Shown: in pieces, positions 19,252 through 28,386 of the stretch | Layout: each line of letters starts with the position of its first letter | Position numbering within the stretch: the stretch's first letter is position 1 | Source of the DNA: an uncultured Acidobacteriota bacterium | GTDB taxonomy: Bacteria > Acidobacteriota > UBA6911 > RPQK01 > JAPXNP01 | Reading direction: 5' to 3' | DNA: 64,000 bases | NCBI GenBank assembly: GCA_963777605.1 | Contig: CAVZRV010000007.1 | Span: forward strand, 736,001-800,000 | The notes under the pieces: generated by a model | Databases searched by the model: none | What the model was told of the DNA's origin: nothing | What the model saw: the letters and a program-made list of their open reading frames with translations, nothing else | Translations under genes and position numbers: made by a program

Positions 19252-20268
19252 ATGGCATTCCTGCGCATCCCGAGACCTTGGGAGAAGATACGTGAGTCGG
19301 AGGTTACCCCGGAATCGCTCTACCTGAATCGGCGCGATATCCTTCGTCGGTTCGGCATCGCCGGCCTTGGAGCGACAGCGGCGGCAGCCAGCCTCGGAAA
19401 GGCACTGGCCCAGGAGACCCGCCTCGGCCCTTACGGTCATGTTTCAAGATTCTGGTCCGAGAAGTGGTCCGACCTGTTCCCGGCGACGAGGGATCAGCGT
19501 TTCAAGGTCGAGCGCGGCATTACCGACGAGCGTATCGTTGCGGGCTACAACAACTTCTACGAGTTCTCGCTCAAGAAACAACAGGTCAAGGAACGGGTTG
19601 ACCAGTTCGAAGTCCATCCCTGGCAGGTGGAAATCGCCGGGGAGGTTGAGAAGCAGGGGACCTTCGATCTGGACGACCTCATCCGGATGGGAAATCCGGA
19701 AGAGCGGGTCTACCACCTCCGCTGCGTCGAGGCCTGGTCTGCCAACGTTCCCTGGACCGGCTTTCCACTCTCTCAGTTGATCGAGAAACTCAAGCCCACG
19801 GCAGACGCGCACTTCGTGCGGTTTTTCACACTGCTTCGTCCTTCGCAAATGCCGACCCAGCGCAACGGCGGCTATGGGTACCCCTGGCCTTACTACGAAG
19901 CACTCCGCATGGACGAGGCCATGAACGAGCTCGCCCTGCTGACATTTGGCGTCTACGGGCATCCGCTGAACAAGCAGAACGGGGCTCCGGTCCGCCTGAT
20001 TCTGCCCTGGAAGTTCGGGTTCAAGAGCATCAAGTCAATCGTCAAGATTGAGTTCGTGAAGAAACAACCAGGGACTTTCTGGACCGACATTTCCAGAGAA
20101 TACGGGTTCTATGGTAACGTCAATCCCGGGTTCGACCATCCAAGATGGAGCCAGGCATCCGAGCTGTTCCTCAACACGAGGGAACGGATACCCACAAGGC
20201 TCTACAACGGTTACGGGGAGTTTGTAGGCGGGCTTTATGATGAAACGGAACGAAAGTACTTCTACTAG
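19252..20268 (+). CDS. msrP: Periplasmic molybdoenzyme methionine-sulfoxide reductase catalytic subunit
   Basis: ESEVTPESLYLNRRD Tat signal, YNNFYEF, Mo-ligand LRCVEAWS, WPYYEALRMDEAMNEL, QNGAPVRLILPWKFGFKSIKSIV, HPRWSQASE. Confidence 0.93.
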   Translation: MAFLRIPRPWEKIRESEVTPESLYLNRRDILRRFGIAGLGATAAAASLGKALAQETRLGPYGHVSRFWSEKWSDLFPATRDQRFKVERGITDERIVAGYNNFYEFSLKKQQVKERVDQFEVHPWQVEIAGEVEKQGTFDLDDLIRMGNPEERVYHLRCVEAWSANVPWTGFPLSQLIEKLKPTADAHFVRFFTLLRPSQMPTQRNGGYGYPWPYYEALRMDEAMNELALLTFGVYGHPLNKQNGAPVRLILPWKFGFKSIKSIVKIEFVKKQPGTFWTDISREYGFYGNVNPGFDHPRWSQASELFLNTRERIPTRLYNGYGEFVGGLYDETERKYFY

Positions 20269-20836
20269 GTCAAGGTTCCTTCCCGGGACGAGGTTGCTCG
20301 GCACCGTTCTGTCCTGGACGGGACTGGTCTTCTTCCTGCTGTGGGCTTGCCCCGGCTGTTCCACCGGATACTCCCCGGAAGGCGAACCAATCGACATGAA
20401 AGCCCTGCGGGAGTTCAAACCCTTCGAGTTGCCCGACCTCTCCGGCCAGACCCGCCAGCTTTCCGATTACCTCGACAAAGTGACCCTGGTTTCTTTCTTC
20501 TTTCCCACTTGAGGGACCTGTAATGCGGAGTTGCCGCAATTGCAGAAGCTCTACGATCAGTACTCCAGCCAGGGAATGAAAATGGTCGCCATCAACGTGA
20601 TTCCCGAGCAGGACGACATGGTGGCACCCTGGCAGGAGAAAAACGGGTTCACCTTCCCGATTCTGGTGGGAAGCGACTCAGACTCCATCATGAACGACTA
20701 TCGCATGACGGCAGCACCGCTGAACTTTCTGCTCGATTCCGAGGGTAATATTCTCAACAGGTTTGAAGGCTACGCGCCGGGCGGAGAGAAAGAGATCGAG
20801 AAAGACATCCGTCAGGCGCTGAAACTCGACTCCTGA
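20237..20836 (+). CDS. Selenocysteine-containing TlpA/redoxin-family protein (UxxC), probably exported or a lipoprotein
   Basis: ORFs 20237..20512 and 20531..20836 are in the same frame. Readthrough gives FELPDLSGQTRQLSDYLDKVTLVSFFFPT-U-GTCNAELPQLQKLYDQY...AINV...FTFPIL...APLNFLLDSEGNI. The TGA at 20510-20512 occupies the first Cys position of CxxC. Start uncertain. Confidence 0.85.
20518..20545 (+). promoter_or_regulatory. Bacterial SECIS-like hairpin
   Basis: CTGTAAT-GCGG-[AGTTG]-CCGC-A-ATTGCAG; the loop begins 17 nt after the TGA and has G in its second position. Confidence 0.7.
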
Positions 20837-21474
20837 TCCGGCTGGTTCAACCGGTCGAGGATACCGAGAATTTCAGGGAAGGCGTCGATCTGGAAATCGG
20901 CCCCAACCGGGTCTTCTCCAACAAACCCGTAGCGACAGAAGATGGATCGGCATCCAGCCGTCCTGGCCATTTCAATATCCGGGGAATGGTCACCCACAAC
21001 GAGAATCTCTTCCGGCGCCAGATTATAGCGGGCCTGCAGGAACTTCACCGGGAAGGGGTCGGGTTTCTTAGCCGAAAAAGTATCACCCCCAGCCACAAAA
21101 TCGAACAGGTTCCCCATATCATGCTCCCGAAGCATGGCCCACACCAGAACCTCGGGCTTGTTCGAGACGATGGTCCGGACCGCCTCCACCTTGGGAAGCG
21201 TCTCCATCACTCCCGGGTAGGGTGTTGCCCGATCGCCCGGGTGCGCTTCGTAATACTCCATGATCACGGGCAAAGCGGTCGCGACATCGACCCCTGCATC
21301 TGCAAACGCTTTCTGAGCGAGGACCTGCACCCCAAAACCGACCATCGCGGTGACCGATTCGATGGAGTGAAGACTCAACCCGAACTCCCGGCGGGCATGG
21401 TTCACAGCGTCCGTAATGTCCTGTCGTGTATCGAACAGGGTGCCGTCAAAATCAAACGTGACTACTTTGATCAA
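20812..21474 (-). CDS. gph: HAD-family hydrolase, phosphoglycolate phosphatase-like
   Basis: FDFDGTLFDT, VSNKP, KKPDP, VVGDHSPDIEMA. Confidence 0.75.
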   Translation of the reverse strand: MIKVVTFDFDGTLFDTRQDITDAVNHARREFGLSLHSIESVTAMVGFGVQVLAQKAFADAGVDVATALPVIMEYYEAHPGDRATPYPGVMETLPKVEAVRTIVSNKPEVLVWAMLREHDMGNLFDFVAGGDTFSAKKPDPFPVKFLQARYNLAPEEILVVGDHSPDIEMARTAGCRSIFCRYGFVGEDPVGADFQIDAFPEILGILDRLNQPDQESSFSA

Positions 21475-21658
21475 AATCCTGTCCCTTTCCCGGTCCGGGC
21501 CATTCTCTCACAAGCGAGGTCAGGGCGGGACGCGCTCCGGTCTTGCTGTTTACGGTTCTCCAGGTTGGATATCGGCCGCCCGCAAGGTATAAGTCTTGGG
21601 CGACGAAACACTCGTTGCAAGCGTACCCGGATTTTTTGGAAACAAACGGGGAGGTACT

Positions 21659-24600
21659 GTGCCAAAAGCCTTCGTTCTCAATTTCCTGGTTTTGTCCCTG
21701 GTTGCGTTGACCCCGCTCCCGGCTGCATCCGGGAACGTCGATTTCCCACGCTATCCGTCGATAAGTCCCGACGGCAAGATGGTGGTCTTTTCATGGCATG
21801 GGGACCTCTGGAAGGTTTCCTCATCGGGCGGAGAATCAATCCGGTTGACCAGCAACCCCGGACTCGATGCCCGGAGTGTCTGGAGCCGCGACGGGAAACG
21901 GATCTACTTCGAGTCTGACCGAACCGGTTTCCAGAACATCCACGGCATGAACTCCGATGGAACCGGAGTTCGGGAGATCTCACGTTCCGATGTCGATTTC
22001 TCGCTGGCCGGTGTCGGCGTCGACGAGAACAGAGGCGAGACGATTACCTTCTCTTCTGCCCGAGACGGCGACAACTATCGCTCAGCACGGCCGTTCTCCA
22101 TCTCCTCCGACGGAGGCGAAATCGCCAGGATTCACGATGCATTCGGAGACTTTCCCGTCTGGAGCCCCGACAATCGCCAACTGGCTTTCACCCGGGGAGG
22201 TGCCCGTTGGTCCCGGCGACATTACCGAGGAGCAGACCGGCGCAATATCTGGCTGTACGATCGGGAGAAGGGCTCCTTCCGCCAGCTTACAAACTGGGAC
22301 GGTAATGACGGGTTAGCCCGGTGGGGAAGCCCGACGACTCTGTACTTCCTCTCGGATCGTGAGAACCGACGCTACAACATCTACCGTCTCGATCTGGATG
22401 GAGATCGTGTCAACGTTCGCCCGGTTACCCGCTTCACGGACCGGGATGTCTGGAGTTTCGACGTCTCCTACGACGGCAAGCGCCTCGTCGCCCATGCCTG
22501 GGACACCCTGTATTTCGTCGACCTGTCATCCTCCAACCCGCAACCCAGAGCGCTCGCCATCTCGGCTCCGGATGACGGGAATGATCCATCCTTTCTGCAG
22601 CCGATCGATAAAACCGTCTCAGAGGCCGTGCTCAGCCCGGACGGAGAAACCATGGCGTTTGTGACGTTCGGAGAGGTATACGTTCGTAACGTCGCTGAGA
22701 AGAGCCCGACACAAAGAGTCACCGAAACTCCGGCCCGGGAAAAGGACCTGGCATGGTCTCCGGATGGCCTGCGCCTCTACTTCACCAGCGACCGGGAGGG
22801 AACCTGGTCGATCTACTCCGCGTCGGTCTCACTGAGTCGAAGCGAAGTCAAGGAACAGTTTGAGCCGGCCCAGGTTGAGCAAGCGGCACCGGAGAAGTCG
22901 CAGGAACCTCCCTCTGAAAGCGATCAAACAGCCGGGGACACGAAAAAGGCCAGGACCACCGAAATGAGCCCCGAGAAAGACCCCTCCAGATGGCACGATG
23001 CGGTGCAGTTTGAAATCCTGCCCGTAGTCGTTCGGGGTAGCGACGACTGGAAGCCGCGCCCCTCTCCGGACGGCAAGCTGCTCGCATTTCAGCACGAACG
23101 CGGTGACCTCCGGATTCTCGACCTGCAGACCGGCGCGATTCAGACCCGGGTTTCGGGTTGGGATTTCACCATCGACTGGCGCTGGAGCCCTGACTCCCGC
23201 TACCTTGCCTACCACCAGAATGATCTCAATTTCAATGCGGACATCTGGGTGGTGCCGGCAGACGGGTCAAACCCTCCGGTCAACGTGAGCCGGCATCCCG
23301 ACAATGACCTCGATCCGCGGTGGTCCTCCGACGGGAAGATCCTCAGCTTCGTTTCGGAACGAGTCAACCAGGAATTCGACGTCTGGGCAGTCTATCTGGA
23401 TCGTTCCGTCGAGTCTCTCACCCCGGCAGAACTCGAGCAGTACTACGAGGCCCGCGCCAAAGCCGCCAAAGGGATCAAGCCTCTCCCCACGGAGGAAGCG
23501 GCGGTGGCAGACCCCGGTGACAACAGCCCTGCCCTCAATCTGGAGGATGCCTATCTGCGACTCCGCCGGATCACGCGACTCAATGGCTCGGAATCAAATC
23601 TCGAGATGTCTCCCGGGGGAGATCTCCTTGTATTCACCGCGACCACCGATCGCCCCGGCCTTTACACCATAAAGTGGGACGGTCAGGGCCTCAAGAGGAT
23701 TGGTGACGCCGCGGGTGTTCAGCACATTTCACTCGATGGCCAGAAGGTGGTTCTGCTGAGCAAGGGCCAGGCTTACTTATCCGACATCGACGGCAAGGAG
23801 CGGAAACTGGTGGATATCTCCGACCGCATTCACGTTGACCGCCGAGCCCTGTCCACCGAAAAGTTCGAGGAACTGGCCCACACCCTCGGATCGCTCTTCT
23901 ACCACCCGACCATGAAAGGGCTCGACTGGCCTGCTCTCACCCGTCAGTATCTAAACTTGGCCAGAAACGCTTACACAGCCGACGAGTTCAACGACATCTC
24001 AATGCGGTTGCTGGGAGAACTCAACGGCTCTCACCTGGGAGTCTATGCGAGAGACGGTCGGGAGCCGACTTCCGAGCCGCAGGGCCGCCTGGGAATCAGG
24101 GCTCGCCGGGTGGTCGACGGATATGCAGTTGACGATGTCATTCCGCTCTCTCCGGCCGACGTCGGGCCGATGAAACTACGCCCCGGGGACGTCATCCTGA
24201 CCGTGGAAGGTCAATCCTTTGAAACTCTCGGCACCCTGGACAGTGCGCTCGAGGGCAGAGTTGGAAAGGAAACGCTCTTCCTCATTCGCAGGGGCGGCTC
24301 GTCGTCGGATGCCCCGGTTGAACACACCGTTCTCCTGACTCCGGTCAGCGCGGCACAGGAACGCCAGCTCAAATACGACGACTGGCGCACCTCGAACGCG
24401 CGCAAGGTCTCCGAACTGTCGAATGGGAAGCTGGGTTACATCCACATTCGGGGCATGGACCAGCCTTCCCTCGATGTCTTCGAGCGTGACCTGTACGACG
24501 CAGCCGCCGACCGTGCCGGCCTCATTATCGACGTCCGCAACAACGGCGGCGGATGGACGACTGATCGCCTCCTTGCTTCGATTATGGTCACTCCCCACGC

Positions 24601-25000
24601 CTACACGGTGCCCCGCGGTGCCGACGGGAAGCGGACCGATGTTTACCCCCAGGACCGTCTCTTCATCCAGCGCTACAGCCTGCCGATCGATCTTCTCTGC
24701 AATGAAAAGAGCTTCTCCAACGCGGAGATCATCTCTCATGCATTCAAAACCCTGAAAAGGGGGAGACTGGTGGGACAGGAAACCAATGGATCCGTCATCA
24801 GCACGGGCGCGTTCGAGTTGATCGACGGAACCGTCGTTCGCCTCCCATATCGGGGCTGGTACCTGCCGGACGGCACCGACATGGAGAATCACGGGGCCGT
24901 ACCGGACCTGATCGTGGCCCAAACGCCGGATGCCGAGGCCAAAGGAGTAGACGAGCAGTTGGAGGCCGCCGTCAAGGATCTGCTGGAACGGATCAACTGA
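21659..25000 (+). CDS. Tricorn-like S41 protease (PD40 propellers, PDZ, S41 domain)
   Basis: Signal peptide, repeated xWSPDG, LLGELNGSH, GYIHIRGM, IIDVRNNGGG, SFSNAEI, ENHGAVPD; GGAGG RBS before GTG 21659. Confidence 0.92.
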   Translation: MPKAFVLNFLVLSLVALTPLPAASGNVDFPRYPSISPDGKMVVFSWHGDLWKVSSSGGESIRLTSNPGLDARSVWSRDGKRIYFESDRTGFQNIHGMNSDGTGVREISRSDVDFSLAGVGVDENRGETITFSSARDGDNYRSARPFSISSDGGEIARIHDAFGDFPVWSPDNRQLAFTRGGARWSRRHYRGADRRNIWLYDREKGSFRQLTNWDGNDGLARWGSPTTLYFLSDRENRRYNIYRLDLDGDRVNVRPVTRFTDRDVWSFDVSYDGKRLVAHAWDTLYFVDLSSSNPQPRALAISAPDDGNDPSFLQPIDKTVSEAVLSPDGETMAFVTFGEVYVRNVAEKSPTQRVTETPAREKDLAWSPDGLRLYFTSDREGTWSIYSASVSLSRSEVKEQFEPAQVEQAAPEKSQEPPSESDQTAGDTKKARTTEMSPEKDPSRWHDAVQFEILPVVVRGSDDWKPRPSPDGKLLAFQHERGDLRILDLQTGAIQTRVSGWDFTIDWRWSPDSRYLAYHQNDLNFNADIWVVPADGSNPPVNVSRHPDNDLDPRWSSDGKILSFVSERVNQEFDVWAVYLDRSVESLTPAELEQYYEARAKAAKGIKPLPTEEAAVADPGDNSPALNLEDAYLRLRRITRLNGSESNLEMSPGGDLLVFTATTDRPGLYTIKWDGQGLKRIGDAAGVQHISLDGQKVVLLSKGQAYLSDIDGKERKLVDISDRIHVDRRALSTEKFEELAHTLGSLFYHPTMKGLDWPALTRQYLNLARNAYTADEFNDISMRLLGELNGSHLGVYARDGREPTSEPQGRLGIRARRVVDGYAVDDVIPLSPADVGPMKLRPGDVILTVEGQSFETLGTLDSALEGRVGKETLFLIRRGGSSSDAPVEHTVLLTPVSAAQERQLKYDDWRTSNARKVSELSNGKLGYIHIRGMDQPSLDVFERDLYDAAADRAGLIIDVRNNGGGWTTDRLLASIMVTPHAYTVPRGADGKRTDVYPQDRLFIQRYSLPIDLLCNEKSFSNAEIISHAFKTLKRGRLVGQETNGSVISTGAFELIDGTVVRLPYRGWYLPDGTDMENHGAVPDLIVAQTPDAEAKGVDEQLEAAVKDLLERIN

Positions 25001-25204
25001 TCCACCTGGTTGGATCACTTCACCAAAAAAGACGGAACCTTTCCATCCAGATGGCAAGATCGGACTTGACCGGTTTCGGCCGACTTTCCTAATTTAGTGT
25101 TTGACCGCGAGTTTCAATCTTCGAAACGAGCGGTTTCGCCTTTTTGAGAGAGGCTATTTAGAGCGGGTTTCGAGCTCGATTCGTTTTTATTGGAGGGTTT
25201 TTCT

Positions 25205-27226
25205 ATGCCCAGAAATGGAGCCAGCGCCAAGGTCTGGAAGGCTGTGGATGCAGCCATTTGCTTTTCGGCCGGCAAGGCATTCGACACTATTCAGTTTTTC
25301 AACAAGTACAAACCCAATCCGAGTTTCACACCAAAGTGGTCTGACAAACCGCTGCTGAAGTCGTGGGAGAAATCCAAGCCGAAATTGGGCTGGCCTCGTG
25401 AGACCGACTCGCTCTGTCCGAAGTGCGTTATTGAAGCCCGGGAACGCATTCTCTCGGGAGACGAAGACTATCGCATCCTCATCGACGAAAAGGTCGGCGA
25501 GGTCAAAGCGACGGTCCTGGAGCGGGACGGAGAAGTCTGGATGGTCAAAGAATGTCCTATCCACGGGAAGTACGAGGACATCATGGCCGTAGACAAGAAC
25601 TTCCTCAAGTGGATCGAGTCGAACTTCCCTGGCCGGGATATCCAGGCTCACAATGACGAGGACCTGCACAACCACGGCTCGAGCACGATTCGCCACGGGC
25701 GTGGCGCGGTCCTGACTGTGGACCTCACCAATCGCTGCAACATGATGTGCGATCCGTGCTTTATGGACGCCAACCAGGTCGGCTTCGTCCACCAGCTGGC
25801 GTGGGAGGAGATCAAGGAGATCCTCGACAACGCTCTCAAGATCAAACCGCGGCGGCAGCTTTCGGTGCAGTTCTCTGGTGGGGAGCCCACCCTCTCTCCT
25901 CACTTCTTCCGCGCTATTCGTTACTCGCGTCGGGTCGGCTACAACAGCGTCCAGGCGGCATCCAATGGCATCGAATTCGCCCGCGACTTCAACTTTGCGC
26001 AAAAGGCCGCGGAAGCGGGACTCCGTTTCGTCTACTTCCAGTTTGACGGAATCGGCAACGACGCCAACAGCCATCGGCACATCGGCAACCTTTTCGACGT
26101 CAAACTGCGTGCCATCGAGAACATCCACAAGGCCGGTACGGAACTCGTGCTGGTCACGACCCTGGTCAACAACGTCAACAATGACCAGGTGGGTCCGATC
26201 ATCCGTTTCGCGATGGACAATCCGAAAAAGATCGCGTTCATTTCGTTTCAGCCCGTTTCATTCACGGGTCGCGACGAGGCCATCACTCCGGAACGCCGGC
26301 TTCTTCAGCGCTACACCCTGTCCCACATGGCGCATGACGTCAAGAAGCAGACCGGTCTGACCGAACCGCTCCGAGACTGGTTCCCGCTCTCGATGATGCA
26401 GAGCTTCTCCGATTTCGCCGACCTGTCTCACGGCCCCGACGCCGAGTGGGGCCAGGTCAGCTGCGGATGTCACCCCAACTGTGGTGTAGGCACCGCCCTG
26501 ATGGTGGACAAAGAAACCAAGGACGCCAAGCCGGTTCCGGAGTTTCTCAACATTCCCGGTCTGGTTGGCGATATTCAGAAGATCACCGATGCCGGCCGTG
26601 GGAAGGTCATCAGCAACCTGATGATGGGGCTGGCCCTCCTGAAACACTACAAGCCTTTCAAGGCGCCCAAGCGGCTCACCTTGGGCGATGTCCTGAAGAA
26701 GTTCGACAAGAGCTACGGCCTCTCCGGAATCGATTACGGGAAGAATTTTGGTGACGAGGCGTTCGAACGCCGGAAGGATCCCTGGAACTTCCTCTTCATC
26801 GCCGGGATGTGGTTCCAGGATCTCTTCAACTACGACTTCCGCCGTACCGAGATGTGCGTCATCCCTTACGGGACCCAGGAAGGGGAGATTTCCTTCTGTG
26901 CTTACAACACCGGACACGGCTGGCGAAACATCATCGAACACATGCACATGAATGCGACCGTCGCCGAGTGGTACAAGGAGCATGGCCGGCACTCGATCTA
27001 TGCCGGCGGCAAGAACCTTGACCTGTCCACTTACAATCACAGCCTCGATCTGAACCAGGAGGACGTCACCCACGTCCGGGATCGCCAGACCGAGATCCCC
27101 ATGACCGCACGAGAAGAGAAATTGGCCCGTCGCCGGGCTGCCCGCGAAGCGGCCATGGTGAAGGAGTACTACGAGGAAACGGTTCTGAAAAAGAAGAAGA
27201 AGACCGACCTCGTGCAGCTCGGCTAG
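25205..27226 (+). CDS. Radical SAM enzyme, tetraether lipid synthase (Tes/GDGT-MAS)-like
   Basis: TDSLCPKC...KECPIHG rubredoxin-like motif, DLTNRCNMMCDPCF, QFSGGEPT, YFQFDG, FQPVSFTGR, CHPNCG, GMWFQDLFNYDFRRTEMCVIPY...ISFCAYN. Confidence 0.8.
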   Translation: MPRNGASAKVWKAVDAAICFSAGKAFDTIQFFNKYKPNPSFTPKWSDKPLLKSWEKSKPKLGWPRETDSLCPKCVIEARERILSGDEDYRILIDEKVGEVKATVLERDGEVWMVKECPIHGKYEDIMAVDKNFLKWIESNFPGRDIQAHNDEDLHNHGSSTIRHGRGAVLTVDLTNRCNMMCDPCFMDANQVGFVHQLAWEEIKEILDNALKIKPRRQLSVQFSGGEPTLSPHFFRAIRYSRRVGYNSVQAASNGIEFARDFNFAQKAAEAGLRFVYFQFDGIGNDANSHRHIGNLFDVKLRAIENIHKAGTELVLVTTLVNNVNNDQVGPIIRFAMDNPKKIAFISFQPVSFTGRDEAITPERRLLQRYTLSHMAHDVKKQTGLTEPLRDWFPLSMMQSFSDFADLSHGPDAEWGQVSCGCHPNCGVGTALMVDKETKDAKPVPEFLNIPGLVGDIQKITDAGRGKVISNLMMGLALLKHYKPFKAPKRLTLGDVLKKFDKSYGLSGIDYGKNFGDEAFERRKDPWNFLFIAGMWFQDLFNYDFRRTEMCVIPYGTQEGEISFCAYNTGHGWRNIIEHMHMNATVAEWYKEHGRHSIYAGGKNLDLSTYNHSLDLNQEDVTHVRDRQTEIPMTAREEKLARRRAAREAAMVKEYYEETVLKKKKKTDLVQLG

Positions 27227-27245
27227 GCCGTCGCTGTCTGTATGC

Positions 27246-27290
27246 GCCCTGCTCCGTCAATCCTGCGATCGGCGGAGCAGGGCTTTTTTT
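27246..27290 (+). terminator. Rho-independent terminator
   Basis: GCCCTGCTCCG...CGGAGCAGGGC stem followed by a T7 tract. Confidence 0.85.
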
Positions 27291-27330
27291 ATGGGCAACT
27301 ATGATTCCAGCCTGCGTTGCGGCCGGCGTC

Positions 27331-27358
27331 TTGACGATCGCGGATCCTCGGTTAGACT
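27331..27358 (+). promoter_or_regulatory. Sigma70 promoter TTGACG-N16-TAGACT, 6 nt before the GTG start
   Basis: Near-consensus boxes directly upstream of 27365; no Shine-Dalgarno. Confidence 0.55.
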
Positions 27359-27364
27359 CAGGGT

Positions 27365-28282
27365 GTGAAATTCAGGTTTCTCCCCTCGGCATGTTTGATG
27401 ATCGTAACTGTCGCGCTTTCGGCCGGCACCGATCTGGCGTTGCCCGGCCAGGCCGTCCCCCGAGCGAGTAGTGCTCCTGCCCGGATGCTGGACCTGTTTG
27501 ACGGACATGATCTTTCACAATGGCGAGGCCTCCACGGGAGCCTGATCCAGGACCAGATATGGCAGATTCGGGACGGACTTCTATGCGTTCAGCCGAACCG
27601 CCGCTCAGGAGACGACATCATCTCGATCCGGAGCTTCGACAACTTCGATCTCCGGTTTCAGTGGCGCATCGCTCCTGGCGGGAACTCCGGGGTCAAGTAC
27701 CTGATCCACGAAGAATTGACCGACCCGACCCGAGTCCGCTTGCATTACGGCTCCCTCTGGGTGTCGATAGCGCTCGCCTTTGTGACGCTCGCGTTTGTCC
27801 TGCTGGTCAGGGATCACCGGTTCAGCTCCCGCCGACCCCTTTTCGGTATTCTTCTCGGAGTCACCCTCTTCCTCTGCCTGTTTGCAGCTGGTGTGAGCGT
27901 CTTCCAGAGCGGCCAAGGGACATCTGCAGTAGGACTGGAGTTCCAGCTCTTCGACGCTCCTGGAGAACCGCCCTCCACGACGAGGACCTCCGGGGCACTC
28001 TACGACCTGTTCGCCCCTTCGGTCGATGCGACGAAACCGGCCGGTGAGTTCAACGAGGGTCGAGTGCTGGTTCGGGGCACCCACATCGAACACTGGGTCA
28101 ACGGAACCCGGGTCCTCGAGGTCGATCTCGACTCGGAAGAATTTCGCACCGCTCTTCAGTACAGCAAGTTCTCGGGCCTGGCTTTCGACTTGAAACACCC
28201 CGGACCGATCAGCCTTCAGAACCACATGGACGGCGCTTGCTTTCGGGCTGTCCAGATCAGCGAGATCCCAACCGGTCGTTGA
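27365..28282 (+). CDS. DUF1080 protein with an internal two-TM insertion
   Basis: Signal peptide, LFDGHDLSQWR, GGNSGVKY, two hydrophobic helices, then GLEFQLFD, GALYDL, HIEHWVNG, GPISLQNH. Confidence 0.8.
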   Translation: MKFRFLPSACLMIVTVALSAGTDLALPGQAVPRASSAPARMLDLFDGHDLSQWRGLHGSLIQDQIWQIRDGLLCVQPNRRSGDDIISIRSFDNFDLRFQWRIAPGGNSGVKYLIHEELTDPTRVRLHYGSLWVSIALAFVTLAFVLLVRDHRFSSRRPLFGILLGVTLFLCLFAAGVSVFQSGQGTSAVGLEFQLFDAPGEPPSTTRTSGALYDLFAPSVDATKPAGEFNEGRVLVRGTHIEHWVNGTRVLEVDLDSEEFRTALQYSKFSGLAFDLKHPGPISLQNHMDGACFRAVQISEIPTGR

Positions 28283-28386
28283 GTTCCCCGCCCGTCCGCG
28301 GGCTTTGGGAAATGGGCGAAGAATTTGAAGCCTTAAGAAGACATCGCTAGGGTGAAAAGGAGACAATAGCAGGACCGGGGTTTGTT

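Noticed and set aside
28283-28386. M-box riboswitch upstream of mgtE
   Set aside because: Intergenic region is too short and no conserved M-box sequence is recognisable
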